Of a stretch of 64,000 nucleotides of DNA, positions 26,086 through 39,554 are shown piece by piece. The notes under the pieces are model-generated. The model ran no database searches and was not told where the DNA came from. It saw nothing but the letters and a program-made list of their open reading frames with translations. Position 1 is the stretch's first letter. Each line of letters starts with the position of its first letter. The position numbers were made by a program, and so were the translations under genes. Source of the DNA: the human T2T-CHM13v2.0 reference genome, Homo sapiens; the NCBI RefSeq assembly GCF_009914755.1, contig NC_060928.1. One strand, written 5' to 3'.

Positions 26086-29000
26086 ATCCTCATTTCAGAT
26101 TTCTATTTATCCCAAACACCCAAATGCAAATATCTATATTACTTATCTCTTGGGTATTTATCATTAGTTTCAGCAGTCAATCTGGAGGGCCTGCAAATTC
26201 ATACACAAACATTTTTCCCAGAAATCAGAGCTGTTATTATATAGCTCTGCTCTCTGTTTGATTTCCTATGTTATGATTTCAGTGGTGTTTGACTGACCCA
26301 CATGCTACTCTAAACATTCCACAATCCAATAGATGATAAAAAGCCACCAGTTACATTTTTATTCATTTTAGAAAGGATGTGGCCCCATTTCAGTGCTCAC
26401 AGTGTTTGGCTGGAACACTTGATCTCTTTCCAGGGCATGTTTGTAAATGTGTGATAACTGGAAAGTAGTCAGGAAAGCTGAAAACCATATGGTTTTGTCT
26501 AACTCCTAGATGTCTAAAATCTGTGGGTCTTTGATTTAGGTATTCAGCATTCACAACCATAATTGATGAATCTCATGAAAGCTGTAAACTCTTCCCTTGG
26601 AAGCACACACACACATACACACAACTTACAATATAAGTATTGTCAGTCTTACTTGGCAATTAGGAAACTAAAGTTATGATAAGTTAATTAAACTGCCAAA
26701 AATCACAGAGATTTTTATGTGAATTTTCAATCCAGGCTTCTCTAATGCTGAGGCCAATTACTATCTATATGCTAGCTGACACTTCATTTTGACTCTGTCG
26801 AAGCAGTACGGCTCAGGTGAACATTCCACTCTGAGAAGGTTAAATCTGATAATTTTCATCAGTCACATATTTGAAGTCATAATAATACCATTATTTATTT
26901 TCAATGAATTCAGTAAATTCAAACACAAAAATTCCCACTGGTCTTTTTTTACACATTTTTTTACAGGTCAGACCCGGGTTTTATTCTGACTGTTGTATGC
27001 ATAACCACAGTACCATTTGTAACAACTCAGTTAATTTGTTTAACTTCTTTATGGAGCAAGTTGAGTTTTGTATCATATTCCTTTATTAAATGAAAAGATT
27101 AGAATACTCGTCCATTGCCAGAAAAGTAGCAGAATGATATAATCTATACCAAAGTGACACAAGCTTTGAAGTGTGACACATGTAAGTTGGAATCCCAGCA
27201 GTGTAACATTCACTGAAGTATTGTAACCCCAAGTGCTTCAGCTTCCATCACTTCTGCAACAAATGTTAATTTCGTACTGTGTCATTAGCACTGGGTGAAC
27301 CGCTCTAGTTGGAAAAGAAAACAAGTCATGATTCCTGCCCTGAAATAAAACTTACATTTTTTGTGTATATGAAAGCCAGGATGTCTGAAATCTACTTGGG
27401 TGGGGTAATATCAGAAAATACTTGATGGAGACATGAGTAATGGAAACTTTGGGGCACTCATCAGAACTTCAGGAAGGGACAGAGAAATGGAATCACAGAA
27501 TCACAGGAGTAACATGAGAGGGAAACATGAATGGAGGAGAGAAGGCCTGTAGTCTTGAATTGTCTTTGTTCTTGCCTTCTCTTAGAAGAGCTGGTTTTAG
27601 GTTTCCTGGGTCCCCCAAAGTATTCTATTTCAATAAAGCTATTTTTTTTAGTTATATTGATTGAAACCTAACTAGAATACTGTCCTTATGGGGTAGGGAA
27701 AAATAGTTTTTAAAACCATCATAAAGAATAGAAAATTGTTGTAGAAAGTGATGACACTATTACTGTAAGAATTGGGCTTCATGTAAAATTATGTAATTAG
27801 GTTCGGTTAATGATATTTATTTAGAAATTACATTATAAAATACAAACATTAGGTTCTCTCTATTATCCATAGATGGTTTATCTTATTTTAAAAAATCATT
27901 TTCCAATCAACTAAAACATACCCACCTGTTTTACATTCACTTTTTTCTTTCATACTAAAGAAAGAAAAGATGCTGTCAGTTAAACTTTGTCATATCATTT
28001 GATAATAAAATACATTTTCATTTCCTCTGTTAAAAATAAAAAAAATCACCATGAAATAAATAAAATATGACATTTTGATGAATGTATCCATTAAACGTAT
28101 TTCTCTAATAAGGGTAATTTGAATTACAATAAAATGACAGAACCTGTGACATGCTATAGGCTAGAATCTATGTATGTTTAACTGGAAAACTGCATAATGC
28201 TGGATTTGTCTGGAGGTCTCCACACTCTGCAATGTGGATGAACCTAATTTATACACGCAGACACACTCTCACACACGCACACTATTCACTCAATAGCTCA
28301 CCTGAATTTTATTGCTTGCAAAAGAGACTTCCCAAAAAGAGATATTTAAACTCTCTACCTACTTCTATAGTTCCTAATAATGTAGAGACTCATGACCCAT
28401 ATCAGAAAGAAATATAAAGACACCTAGTTTTCCAGCACTCAGGGTGTTCTTTGTGATTGCTAGAGCATTGCCCCAAAGTCTCTACCTTTTCTGCACCCCC
28501 TCAGGATGGAAAATGGGAATCTCCTGAGAGGGAAACGAGAATTGTGGTCAGGAAGAAGAAAGTGGCAGGAAGTTGTGGGACTTGATGGCATCCTGGGTAG
28601 TGCAGAACTGATTCCAAGTAAAACAACAAATTTGGAGTAGAGTCTGCTACTCATAGTCACAACTCATGCTGGAATTAATATTAAATTTAAATATTAAGTA
28701 AGTAAGATATAAGACAACTTGGCCATAAAGAGATTCCACAGCTCCAGGTAGGAGTTAGCATATTTCCACTGATGGTCCAACTTTGCCGCAGGCATACTTC
28801 TTTAAGATGAGAAACCAATAGGAGCTGTGCATATCAACTAGTCAAAAATTTACAGAACACAAAGATGGATTTGAGCCAGCCTGCAAGTAGAGAGTACTGT
28901 CAAAGACTCTGTGTTAATAAACATTTACGATAAATCTTAGCTGGCCAAATAAAGCATCAAAAGAAAAAGTCAAACAACATGCGTCATTGGTATGTATAAG

Positions 29001-29109
29001 GCAGAACAAGATAAAACAGTATCATAGGAAATCTCACAAGTAAACTCTATTTATAGAAATTACACGCTTGAACAGTCCAGCAGACAATTGTAATGCATTT
29101 GTTATTCTT

Positions 29110-29335
29110 TTCTTTTTTTTTCTTTTTTGGAGTCGGAGTCTCGCTCTGCAAGCTCTGCCCCCTGGGTTCACGCCATTCTCCTGCCTCAGCCTCCCCAGTA
29201 GCTGGAACTACAGGTGCCCGCCACCATGCCCGGCTAATTTTTTGTATTTTTAGTAGAGATGGGGTTTCACCGTGTTAGCCAGGATGGTCTTGATCTCCTG
29301 GCCTCGTAATCTGCCCACCTCGGCCTCCCAAAGTG
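29110..29335 (-). mobile_element. AluY, 5'-truncated with an internal deletion
   Basis: caagctc, gttcacgccattc and ccgtgttagccaggatgg are Y diagnostics; perfect TSD gcatttgttattctt at 29095-29109 and 29336-29350. Confidence 0.95.
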
Positions 29336-30779
29336 GCATTTGTTATTCTTAATAATATGCTAGAAAATATAGTCTTTAAAATAATAGTTCCCCAAATCCT
29401 GTTGAGAATATCAAGTTGAGCAGAAAATTCAGCAGGATCCAATTAAAAGGTAACAGAACATGAGGAGAAAAGCTAAAAGTAAAATGAAATAGATGATCTA
29501 TAGCAGGATTGCAAAGAAATTTAGAACACAGTGACAATATATTTGTATACTAGAAGCAATAAAAGGCAGAATTTATAGTGTAGAAATCAAATTCCAAAAT
29601 TCAGGCATGATGACCATCAGAGGTGACGTGCAAATCCACTAGTCGCTACAAACACATAGAAACACTGATTACAATGGAATGTGTACCTAGTGGAACTTCC
29701 AAAAAGTGTGAGAAACTGTATTTTGAAACAGAAACAAAAAAGAAAAATCAAAACCAGTTAGTGTGAGCTCATGCCACCTCTATTTGTGATGGGGTTTGTA
29801 TGTGTGAAATTGGACCTGGTGACTGGGAAAATGCATCTGACAACCCACATGAAAATGGAGACACATTCTTCTAGCAGCAAGAAGTGTAGGAGGTGGAACT
29901 CAGCCCTCTGCACAAACCCCAGTGCTTTGAAATGCTCTCAGGTATGTAAAAATGAGCGAGACTTGGTTTGTCTATCCAGAATGAAAGATTAGGTGATTTG
30001 GACCAGTCTTTTGGGTGAAGTGCATTAGAAGGTTGAAAAATATTATTAAACATTAATTTGAAGGGATCCATGAGCTAACTAGGAAGTGAAGAATTGTGAT
30101 TCAGAGTCCGAAAGGGGTTTATTCAAGGATATGAACACGGTGTCGGTGAACATTGTTCTCCCTAAGCACATTCTGCTAATTTCAATGAACAGTTTAGAGA
30201 AAGTAATCAGTAGTTTGGAAAGGGTAGGGGATTTAAGCAAAGTCTGGAATTAACAATAAGAGGTTTAAACAAGAATTGTGCCATGGTATGCATAGGAGAA
30301 TTCAGAGGAAAAGATAATGAAATCAGCATGCAGCAAGTTGAGTATTATGTAGTGCATTTGATTTGTGTTTTCAAGATATCCAAGATGTTTACCTGTGGTT
30401 TTTAATCCATTTGGTTATTCCTTCAATGAATACACAAAAATGAGTGATAAAAAGAAATACATACATCCAACCAAATGAATGGCTTTTGAAAACATAACAA
30501 ACATAAAAGAGCTTACTTGGCAGTATTTTTCAGTTCTGCATATATTATATGGACAGTATGTAGAATTGTTTTTGTATGCTTAGTAATTGGTAGTATTACT
30601 ACCTGATAAGAATCAGTTGCTTCCATCTTTGGTTTACATTCTAAAATCTGTTAACTTAATCTCTTAATTTTTAATATTTATTGAAAAATACAAAAATATG
30701 TGCAAAATAATATCTATACCTGCTTTCCTGGAGAAATTGATAGGCAATATGATGTGAGCACATCTCTTTCTCTTTCTGT

Positions 30780-30782
<3 letters not shown>

Positions 30783-30816
<34 letters not shown>
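30783..30816 (+). repeat. (CA)17 microsatellite
   Basis: Pure CA run. Confidence 0.95.
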
Positions 30817-30819
<3 letters not shown>

Positions 30820-33018
30820 AAGATTATAGACCTACTGAGCAGATGGCCTTTGGCTTGCAGAAAATTGGACCTGGGATAACTTTCTGAATTTATTTTAGAC
30901 TCAAATAGTCTTTAGTATGCACAAATCATTAAAGCATAAGTCTGGACCTGTAGAGGGTTTCTTTCAATATTTTATAGGAAGGATTTTGATCTATGATTTA
31001 TCAGTCAACTGACAGCACTAAGGGGAGAGAGGTTTTTTTTTTTCCCATTAAGAATCAATTCTTCTGGTAGATTTTTATCTTCATTTTCATTCCACCCATT
31101 GAAAAAAATCTGCTTTGCCATATGCCTGTCAATTTGAGTGACCAGGTACATAAGTTGTATAAAATGTAGGAATTTTTAAACTTTGAGAAGCACTGCAATA
31201 TTGCAAAATGCATTTAAAAATGGATAAATAAAAGGTACCAAGCACCTTTTATGTTTTCTTAGGTGCTTTTGAATGAAGGAAATATTAAACAGAAATATAA
31301 TTCACTTATGTAAAGGTCACTATTATGTGTTATTTCTATGTACATCTTGTCAGCTCATGGGTAGATTAAGAAACTTGGTAGACAAATGCAATTGCATATT
31401 TCTGGGGAATTTGTAGTTGTAATCTTTACAATTTTTTAGTGTAATTTATTATGTCATATTTTGTTATTTATTGCAAGTCACACTAGTCAGTATTTTTTCA
31501 TTTCTCAGCTATGTGTGACTGAATTTCAAGTAAATTTTTCAGTCTGTTTACATGGACTCGAAAAGTAAATATTATGGGAAGAAATGACCACGTTTACTAA
31601 CAAATTATAACATGCTATTATTTATTTCTACAAACATGCCTGACTACAAAAGAGTCAGCAGGCATAGAAAACCAGTGGCAGCTGCTAGGCTTCAGGTGAA
31701 TATCAGATAATTTGGAAATAATTTTCTTAGAGTAGCATTATTTTCTGTTAAGAAAGCATAGGGTTTGGAAGCTCTTTATTCTCTCAAACTGCTTTCCAGA
31801 AAGTGACTAGGTTTTCGTGGTGGTTCTATTATAATGATGAATTGGAATTAAAAAAGTGCTCTACCACTGGTGTGCAAAGATATCGCACACAGTGGCCTTT
31901 ATTTTTATCAGCGTCTTCCTATTGTTTAATAAAAGCACTTCAAATGTCTTTTTTCATGTGATGCATGGAAATAGTTTTACTAAGAGTATAACAAACATGG
32001 CACTTGTGTATATTTCTCAAACTTATGGAGATGTCTATATATAGTTTATTTTTAGGGAAACCACTTTAAAAAATTTGTGTATTGTAATCCTAGGTCATTC
32101 TTCCTCTCCTCCTCTTCATGATCTTAAAACAGATTTTTTTTTCTATTCTTTACTATACTCTGAATATGAATGTTTCTTTTGGAATCTAAATGACTAAGTG
32201 GTATGCATTTTATCATTTTATTATTAAGATGATTAATTGGTGTATACCTACATACTAGCTCAATATCTTTAACAAAACTCTACTCCAGCTTCAGATAGCT
32301 CTTTTTTGCAGATACATATGTTTCAAAGCACTGGCATAGTGCATGTCACTCTCCTTTCCTCCCAGGGATACCAAGGTAAAAAAGTGTATTGTTTTCTCTA
32401 ACTTTAAATTGCAACTTTGTGGCAAATCCCCATGTTGATGATTACATGTAGTATACATTGCTGTATGCATTTGTATTCAGAGTGAGAAATCTTAATATTT
32501 AATGTATATGAATGGATGCCTCTTTGTTTCCCTCAGGAAATACTAGTTGGCTCCAAATTGAGAAAACTGTGCACAAACACATCCTAATATAGAAGCAGAA
32601 TAAAAGTTTTAGGAAAAAGGGTAATATTTTTTAAATTAGACTATTTTTTGGTCTCCTGATGGACACTCTTTTCATGTAATCATGGGAGTTTGGCTCAGCT
32701 GAGGTTATCTATCTAAAAAATAATAATAACAGAAAGAAAAACAACTAGGAAAATGAGAGAATAAACTCTAGATATGATACAAGATGATTTGGTGACATTC
32801 AATCAATGGAAACACATTTTTAAAAGCTTCTTAAAATAAACTCGGCATTTACTTTAGATATTTAAAATTTCTTACTGGTGAACATAGTGCAAAATATTTC
32901 TATTGGGAATTTTAAAAAATCTTCTACTAAGAAAACACCCATACACAGCTGGGTGTGTAAGAGAGGAGTCAGTGCATATTAGGCTGACTGTATTTCTGAG
33001 ATAAAACCTCTAACAGAC

Positions 33019-33225
33019 TGTTATAGTCTGAAACTTTGTGTCTATCCAAAATTCATATATGGACACTTAATCACCATTTTAATGTTTTTAGGAAGTGGGG
33101 CCGAGGGCAGAGCCCTCATGAGTGGGATTATGCCCTTATCAAAGAGGCCCTAGAGTTCTGCCTTTCCCTTTCCACCACCCCAGGACACATCTAAAAGTTG
33201 CCATCTGTGAACCAGAAAGCAGCCT
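33019..33225 (+). mobile_element. MLT1A/MLT1A0 LTR, 3'-truncated
   Basis: tgttatagtctgaa..gagggcagagccctcatgagtgggatta..gcccttatcaaagaggccc..gccatctgtgaaccagaaagcag. Confidence 0.8.
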
Positions 33226-33329
33226 ACATGCCTTCGTGAATTGGTGTTTTTTACCAGCCTGACACCACTGAAAAAAAAATCTGGTCACGTTATTGAGGAC
33301 CTAATCTTTCAATCTTTGAATCACCTTAT

Positions 33330-33820
33330 CATTTAAATGTTCCCCATTGCCTTCTAAACAAAATCTAAATGCTTTTATAATCTGATCCTGTCTACATTTA
33401 CATTCTAATCTCTCACAAGGCCTATCTTTTTGATGTGCATTTAGGTCTTATAACTGCTTACAGAATACAGAACATGTCATATTTTGGGGGACTTTCTTGT
33501 CTTTTTACCTGTTGTTCTTTTGATTTGGACTGCATTCATCCTTATCCCAATTCTTTTGAGTTCTATTAAGATATAGTTTAGCTGATATTGCCTTCTGAAA
33601 GTTTTCCTCAAATACCAAATACACCTGGGTTAGGTGTTTTCTGGGATGCTATAGTAATGTGTACATCCTTGTTTCATGGTGTCTGACACTTTATTAATTA
33701 CTTTATGCCTATCTCTATCATTTTAAGTCCCCTGAAGACAAAGGAAGTTTTTTTTTTTTCTTTTGTGTTTGTTTAACAGTGATCCCAGGAACTAGGAACA
33801 TAGTGAATGCTGATGACTTG
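33330..33820 (+). mobile_element. L2 3' region
   Basis: cccattgccttctaaacaaaatctaaa..gccttctgaaagttttcctca..cccctgaagacaaagg..cccaggaactaggaacatagtg. Confidence 0.6.
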
Positions 33821-33939
33821 GTGCAAAGAGGAAGGAAGGAAAGAGGAAGAAAGGGCAAGGGAGACAGGCAGAAAGGAAGTACTGGAAATAATGACAGATA
33901 ATTTCAAGAGAGAAGTTAATCTTTTGTATGAAAAAAGGA

Positions 33940-34140
33940 CACTAAGGAGCAGAGGTCTTTAAGTCAGGATGTAGGAAAGCAACTTCAGTCCCACCTCTTA
34001 TTGCTCATGTTGGGCAAGTGCTGCACATCTATGAGCCTCAGAGTCTCATTTCACAAGCTGGAATAACAATGAATGTTCATCCTCCTACTCCAGGGTGCAA
34101 GGGTCATATTTGATGATATTTGTGTATGTGCTTCGTATTT
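33940..34140 (+). mobile_element. MIR
   Basis: ttgggcaagtg..catctatgagcctcagagtctcattt..ggaataacaat core. Confidence 0.6.
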
Positions 34141-34286
34141 TTGAAATACAGAGCAACTGTATGGTTTTATTATTTTAAAATATAACACATTAAAAATAAA
34201 AACTAGGTAAGTGTAAATATTTAACAGGGGCAGCATATCTGTAAAAATTAAATTTTATTTTAAGTTTAATATAATTTAATTATTTC

Positions 34287-34447
34287 AGAGACAGAGTCTA
34301 AAATAGGCACAATTACAGCTCACTACAGCCTCAAACTCCTGGTCTTAAGCTGTCCTTCTTGGCCTCCCAAAGTGCTGGAATTATAGATGTGAGCCACTGT
34401 GCCCAATCAAAGTGCTGGAATTATAGATATGAACCACTGTGCCCAAT
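34287..34447 (-). mobile_element. FLAM-like Alu monomer with a 40-bp tandem duplication of its 5' end
   Basis: gagacagagtct..cagctcactacagcctcaaactcctgg..ggcctcccaaagtgctgg; duplicated units 34368-34407 and 34408-34447. Confidence 0.8.
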
Positions 34448-34762
34448 TTTTCTTTTCTTTTCCTTTCTTTTTTTTTTTTTTTTTTTTAGATAGAGTATCG
34501 ATCTGTCACCCACGTTGGAGTGCTGTGGTACAATCTTGGCTCACTACAACCTACCAGGTTCAAGCAATTGTTGTGCCTCAGCCTCCTGAGTACCTGGGAT
34601 TACAGGCCTGCACCACTATGCCCAGATAAATTTTTAAATTTTTCTTAGAGACGGGGTTTTGCTATGTTGCCTAGGCTGGTCTCAAACTCCTGGTCTCAAG
34701 CAGTCCTCCCACCTTGGCCTCCCAAAGTGCTGGGATTACAGGCGTGAACCACCACATCTGGT
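34448..34762 (-). mobile_element. AluJ (Jb-like)
   Basis: Poly-T; tttgctatgttgcctaggctggtctcaaactcctggtctcaagcagtcctccc are J diagnostics. Confidence 0.92.
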
Positions 34763-34777
34763 TTAAATTTTATTTCT

Positions 34778-35155
34778 ATAGTGATAAGAACACTCAATGT
34801 GAGATCTATCGTTATAATAAATTTTTAAGTGTACCATGTGGTATCGTCGACTACAGGTACAATGCTATACAGCAGATCTCTAGAACTTACTTTCCTTACT
34901 TAACTGAATCTTTATGTCCATTGACTAGTAGTAACCCCCAATTTCCCCTTCTCTCCAACTCTTGGAGACCAACATGCCACTCATCAATATTATGAAATTT
35001 ATATCTCAAATAGGTGGAGTCATGTAGTATTTGATTTTCTGCGACTGGATTATTTCACTCGGCATAACATCCTCAAGGTTCATGCATGTTACTGTATGTT
35101 GAAGGATGTCTTTTCTTCAAAGCTGAATAGTATTTCATTGTATGTATGTAACATT
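34778..35155 (-). mobile_element. L1MA9/L1MB-type 3' end
   Basis: tacagcagatctctagaactta..ggagtcatgtagtatttg..gactggattatttcactcggcataac..gctgaatagtatttcattgtatg. Confidence 0.8.
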
Positions 35156-35701
35156 TAAAAAATGGTGAAGTGATTTTCTAAATAAGATCAATCCTCAATG
35201 AAAGTCATAACTATTCTGTAAGTAAATTTTTTTTTTGAAATCTTAAGCATGCAACCTTAGGCAATTTCTAAATTGCCAGGAAGAATGTTTTAATAAGAAG
35301 GTACATTCGATTATATTTACTATGTCTCTCCATTTTTGCTCAATTCACCATTGCTAGTTTATTATCTGGGCTTCCAATACTATGTCAGAAATATATTCAA
35401 TAATTATAAGATAAATGTATCAGTCATTAGTTACATCAACAGACCAAAAGCAGGCTCTTTTTTCATGTACAGTTTTGGGCATCACAAATCTAGGCTACAT
35501 TGAGGCTTTATGTGTCTAGAACAGTCTATCCATTCAAACTCTCCATATCAAATATTGCATTTTTTATTTCTGGGACTACTAGGATGCCTATAAGTTCAAA
35601 ATGGAAAGCCAATTTGTGAATTATCTTAATATTCCAAGGAATAATTTATAACACATATAATCCACAGTACACTTAAAAGCTAACAATTGATGTTATTACA
35701 T

Positions 35702-38007
35702 TGCATTTTTGTCAACTTTGCTACAGTAACAAATGACCAGAAAGTCTCCAAGGGTTTATTTCTTGCCCTCGTTACATATCAGTGGCTCTGTTTTGTTCCA
35801 CATTTCTCTTTTATTGTATGACCTAGTCTGGAGAAGCTGGCCTCCTTTTGGGATACAAAATTCTTACAGATTTGGAAAAAAGAGCCAGAGAGCTGAAAGG
35901 ACATGATAATTTTGAAGAGAGTACATCATGGCTGTTAAAATTGCCATGAGAAACTGGCCTATTGGTCCTTGTGCTCACATATTTATGGCCCAAATAATTT
36001 ACATGGCCAAGTTCATGTCAAGGAGCTGAAGTGCATTCCTTCCACAGGAAGGCGATGCAGTTGCATGGCAACACAGCGATGTATAATCCACTTACAGGGA
36101 AGAGGAAAACATAATAGTACAAAGTATAATGTCCTTCCTCTAAGGCATAAATACTTACTTCTCTTTTTTTTTCCTATATGCTAAATATAACCAACTCCTC
36201 CCCAAGGCTAATATACGAAAAATCCAATCCAGTCCTGGCAATCATATTCAAATATCAGAATTTATTGATAAGTCTCTATATTAGGTACAAACCTGGCTTT
36301 TTAAACTCGGTGGTGCATAAATACACACACATATACACACACACAGACTCACACACACGCACACGCCAAAACCTGCTTCTTACATACTCAACTGAAATCA
36401 TAGAATATCACTATTATGTCACAGATTCACAATCAACACTGCTATTCAAAAATGAGATAAATGGGCGGCATACGGTGGTCAATGGCTTGTGATAATTCTG
36501 GAATTCTGTTGACCAGATGTTTCAAGGAACATGATTATGATATGATTTTGCTTCTTGGAAACTCCCCAGTGTGTTCTCAGTGGCTCTTGGCTCCACCCTC
36601 AGGATAGTTCTTCCTTTTTTTATTGTACAGTTAAACTTGGTCATCTCTGAAGAGGCCATTGGAGAATGTCCCTTCACTGGTGGCTAAACCACTTGTGTAC
36701 TGGCTGTAGGCATTGTGGACATGAGAAACTGTTTTACATTTCAAAAGGTTACGATTTCTTTTAGTCCTTGTTGACGGTTTTGGCAGTATAGCTCTCTTAT
36801 AACTTTGTTTTTCATCAGTTAGATTCCAGTCATTTCCAAATGATTGAGTCCTTTCTAATTTGAGCGTACAAATGGTCACACTCACGGTGCTTTTGGAGGC
36901 AGCCTCACCTCTCTTTGTCTTTCTCTCTTTAATTAAAGTGACTTTGCATTTATCAGACTTCCCTGTGAAAACAACCTTGGTCTGTTTTCTCTGACACATT
37001 TTGTTCAACTGAAATGATTTACTCATAGCTACCTTAACCTACTCATATGTTTAAACAAAGAACAAGATGTCAATTATTTTAATTTGGTCTCTGCTGTAGG
37101 TCAATTATTAATTAATCTTAATTGTTCAGAGTACTTACAAATGCTAGCACTTATTGGTTGCATATTAGAAACAGTTAAGTTGGCCAGCCCTCTAACACCT
37201 TTTTTTCTGGACTGTTGAATTTCTCTTTTACTCTTTATGGCTCACTAGTGAACCCTTTCCTGACCTCATCTTTGTTTTGTCAAGTCCAGTTGATAATAAC
37301 AAAAACACCCTTCACAAAGTTCTATATCTTACCCCTTTTTGCCAAAAGTCACATTTTAATTAGGTATGTTATGTGACTTGAGAGATATTTTAGAGAACAG
37401 CGCTGCCAGTTTCATTAATACATAAAATTTCATCAATAAATAAAACAGGCTGCCATTTTTCATGCTCCAATTATAGTTTACTTGATGTCCACTACAGAGT
37501 CTTGAAGCCAATATCATATACAATGTTCTTTAAAAAAAATGTGACACTCTTTCACTTCACATAAAATTTCTGAACTGCTTAGCTTTTCTGTGTTAACAGA
37601 TCACCCTAAAATATCACAAGCTTACAACAAATGCTTTTCCTGTCATGTTGGCTAAAGTTGTTGACAGCTCTGCTCATGCCTTTTTTTGTTTTTTCTTCCT
37701 TTTCAGGATGTTGCTTCATATTGTAGCATGCTGTTTTGTTGCAAATTAAAAACAAATTAAAAGAAAAACAAATCAACAGAGTTGGATTAAACCTACCGTC
37801 ACTCTCAAAGTTTCTGTTTGGAATCAGCATACTGTCACATCATTTACCAAAAAACAAATCACCTGGCCAAGTCAATGACTTTGATAACAGTATGCTTCTC
37901 ACTCCTCCTGCAGGAAGGCACTATAGATCCATTGCAAGCAACTGAAATGTAATCCTCTCCCAGGGAATGGGGTATTAGATAATTGGGAATGAGAATTCAT
38001 AATAACA
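35702..38007 (-). mobile_element. Old MaLR provirus (MLT1J/I-type): LTR about 35702-36128, internal about 36129-37570, LTR about 37571-38007
   Basis: Two similar LTRs in the same orientation share tggccaagt, caggaaggc, taatcc and cagggaa; about 1.4 kb of MaLR-int-like sequence lies between them. Confidence 0.7.
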
Positions 38008-38507
38008 GATATTCTGATACCGATTTCTCCTTTGACACACTCTGAAAAACCTCACTAACTTTCCATAGTTTTCTGGCCCCCAAATGTATTCTACAGTTTG
38101 GGGAATTAGCTTTGAGTTTGTCCTTGCTGTCTTCATTTCCACCCACTTGCATGTCCTTGCAAATTTCTATATATAGGTTCAACTCCACCTAATTGTTTTA
38201 GCCTGGTAATGTATCAGGAATCAAATTTGCAGTTTATATTTATAGTGTAAGTCAGTTCCAGTCTTCTCAGTGAAAATTGAGCCTCCTCTTCAACCCCTGG
38301 AAGTTTAGTCAAGGTTCTAATTTTCTGCCTAGCACCTATTGTCAGCGTTCTTCCATGAGGTTGGATCCTATTCTTCTCCTTCATGGGTGTCTTAGTTTTC
38401 TGCATCAACAAGATACCTAGAATAGTAATATTATTCAAATATATGCCAAGACCCCTGGAACAGTCCTTTCACAGCCCCTCTAGCTTAATCCCATTAAATT
38501 TAATTAA

Positions 38508-38857
<350 letters not shown>

Positions 38858-39395
38858 GGACATTGCAATTTAAACTCTAGTTAGTCCATAACGGAGCATA
38901 AGCTTTACTCTAGAACCACAAACTCCCAGTTAATTTTGATCCCTATTATCTCATTTAGCATATGCTTTAGCCAAAACTATATAGGTTTTGAAAGTTTGAG
39001 GAAGAGCATGCATGTATTTGATTTGAGTTTGAACACCTACTGTTGCTGAAATACTTTATAAAATATTCAGTTTTTAATCAAAGACTATAAAAATGACTCT
39101 GTGATATATACACAGTGAATACATATATTTTTCTTTTTACTACCGTCATTTTAGGGCACTAATAGTAATGCGTCACAATTCTGAACATTCGTAAGGGAAC
39201 CTCAAAGTGGATGCGATACAAAATTGTGTATTTATGTGTGTATCGGTTGTACCCCAAGTGGTTTTAATAATGATTTGACAGCTAACAAGCTATACTTTCT
39301 AGAACTACACATTAGATGTTTGTATATCATGAAGCTGGTGAGAGTGTAGTAATCGTTCTTGATTTTCTATAACTAATGATTTGACATTTGGAAAT

Positions 39396-39548
39396 CATGG
39401 TTGCGGGCGCCTGTAGTCCCAGCTAATCGGAGGCTGAGGCAGGAGAATGGCATGAACCCGGAAGGCGGAGCTTGCAGTGAGTCCAGATCACGCCACTGCA
39501 CTCCAGTCTGGGTGACAGCGAGACTCCGTCTAAGAAAAAAAAAAAAAA
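39396..39548 (+). mobile_element. AluY right arm only
   Basis: gagaatggcatgaacccgg..gcggagcttgcagtgag are Y diagnostics; A tail. Confidence 0.9.
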
Positions 39549-39554
39549 TGGCAT

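Noticed and set aside
25839-26093. Tyr/Ile/Met-rich 84-aa ORF
   Set aside because: It is the translation of a TA-rich low-complexity tract.
27380-28680. Purine-rich, more GC-balanced patches (27380-27680, 28420-28680; similar at 43020-43490)
   Set aside because: Probably very old LTR remnants, but I could not assign a family or boundaries well enough to list them.
31240-31270. Small hairpin aagcacct...aggtgctt
   Set aside because: An 8-bp stem is expected by chance in 64 kb.
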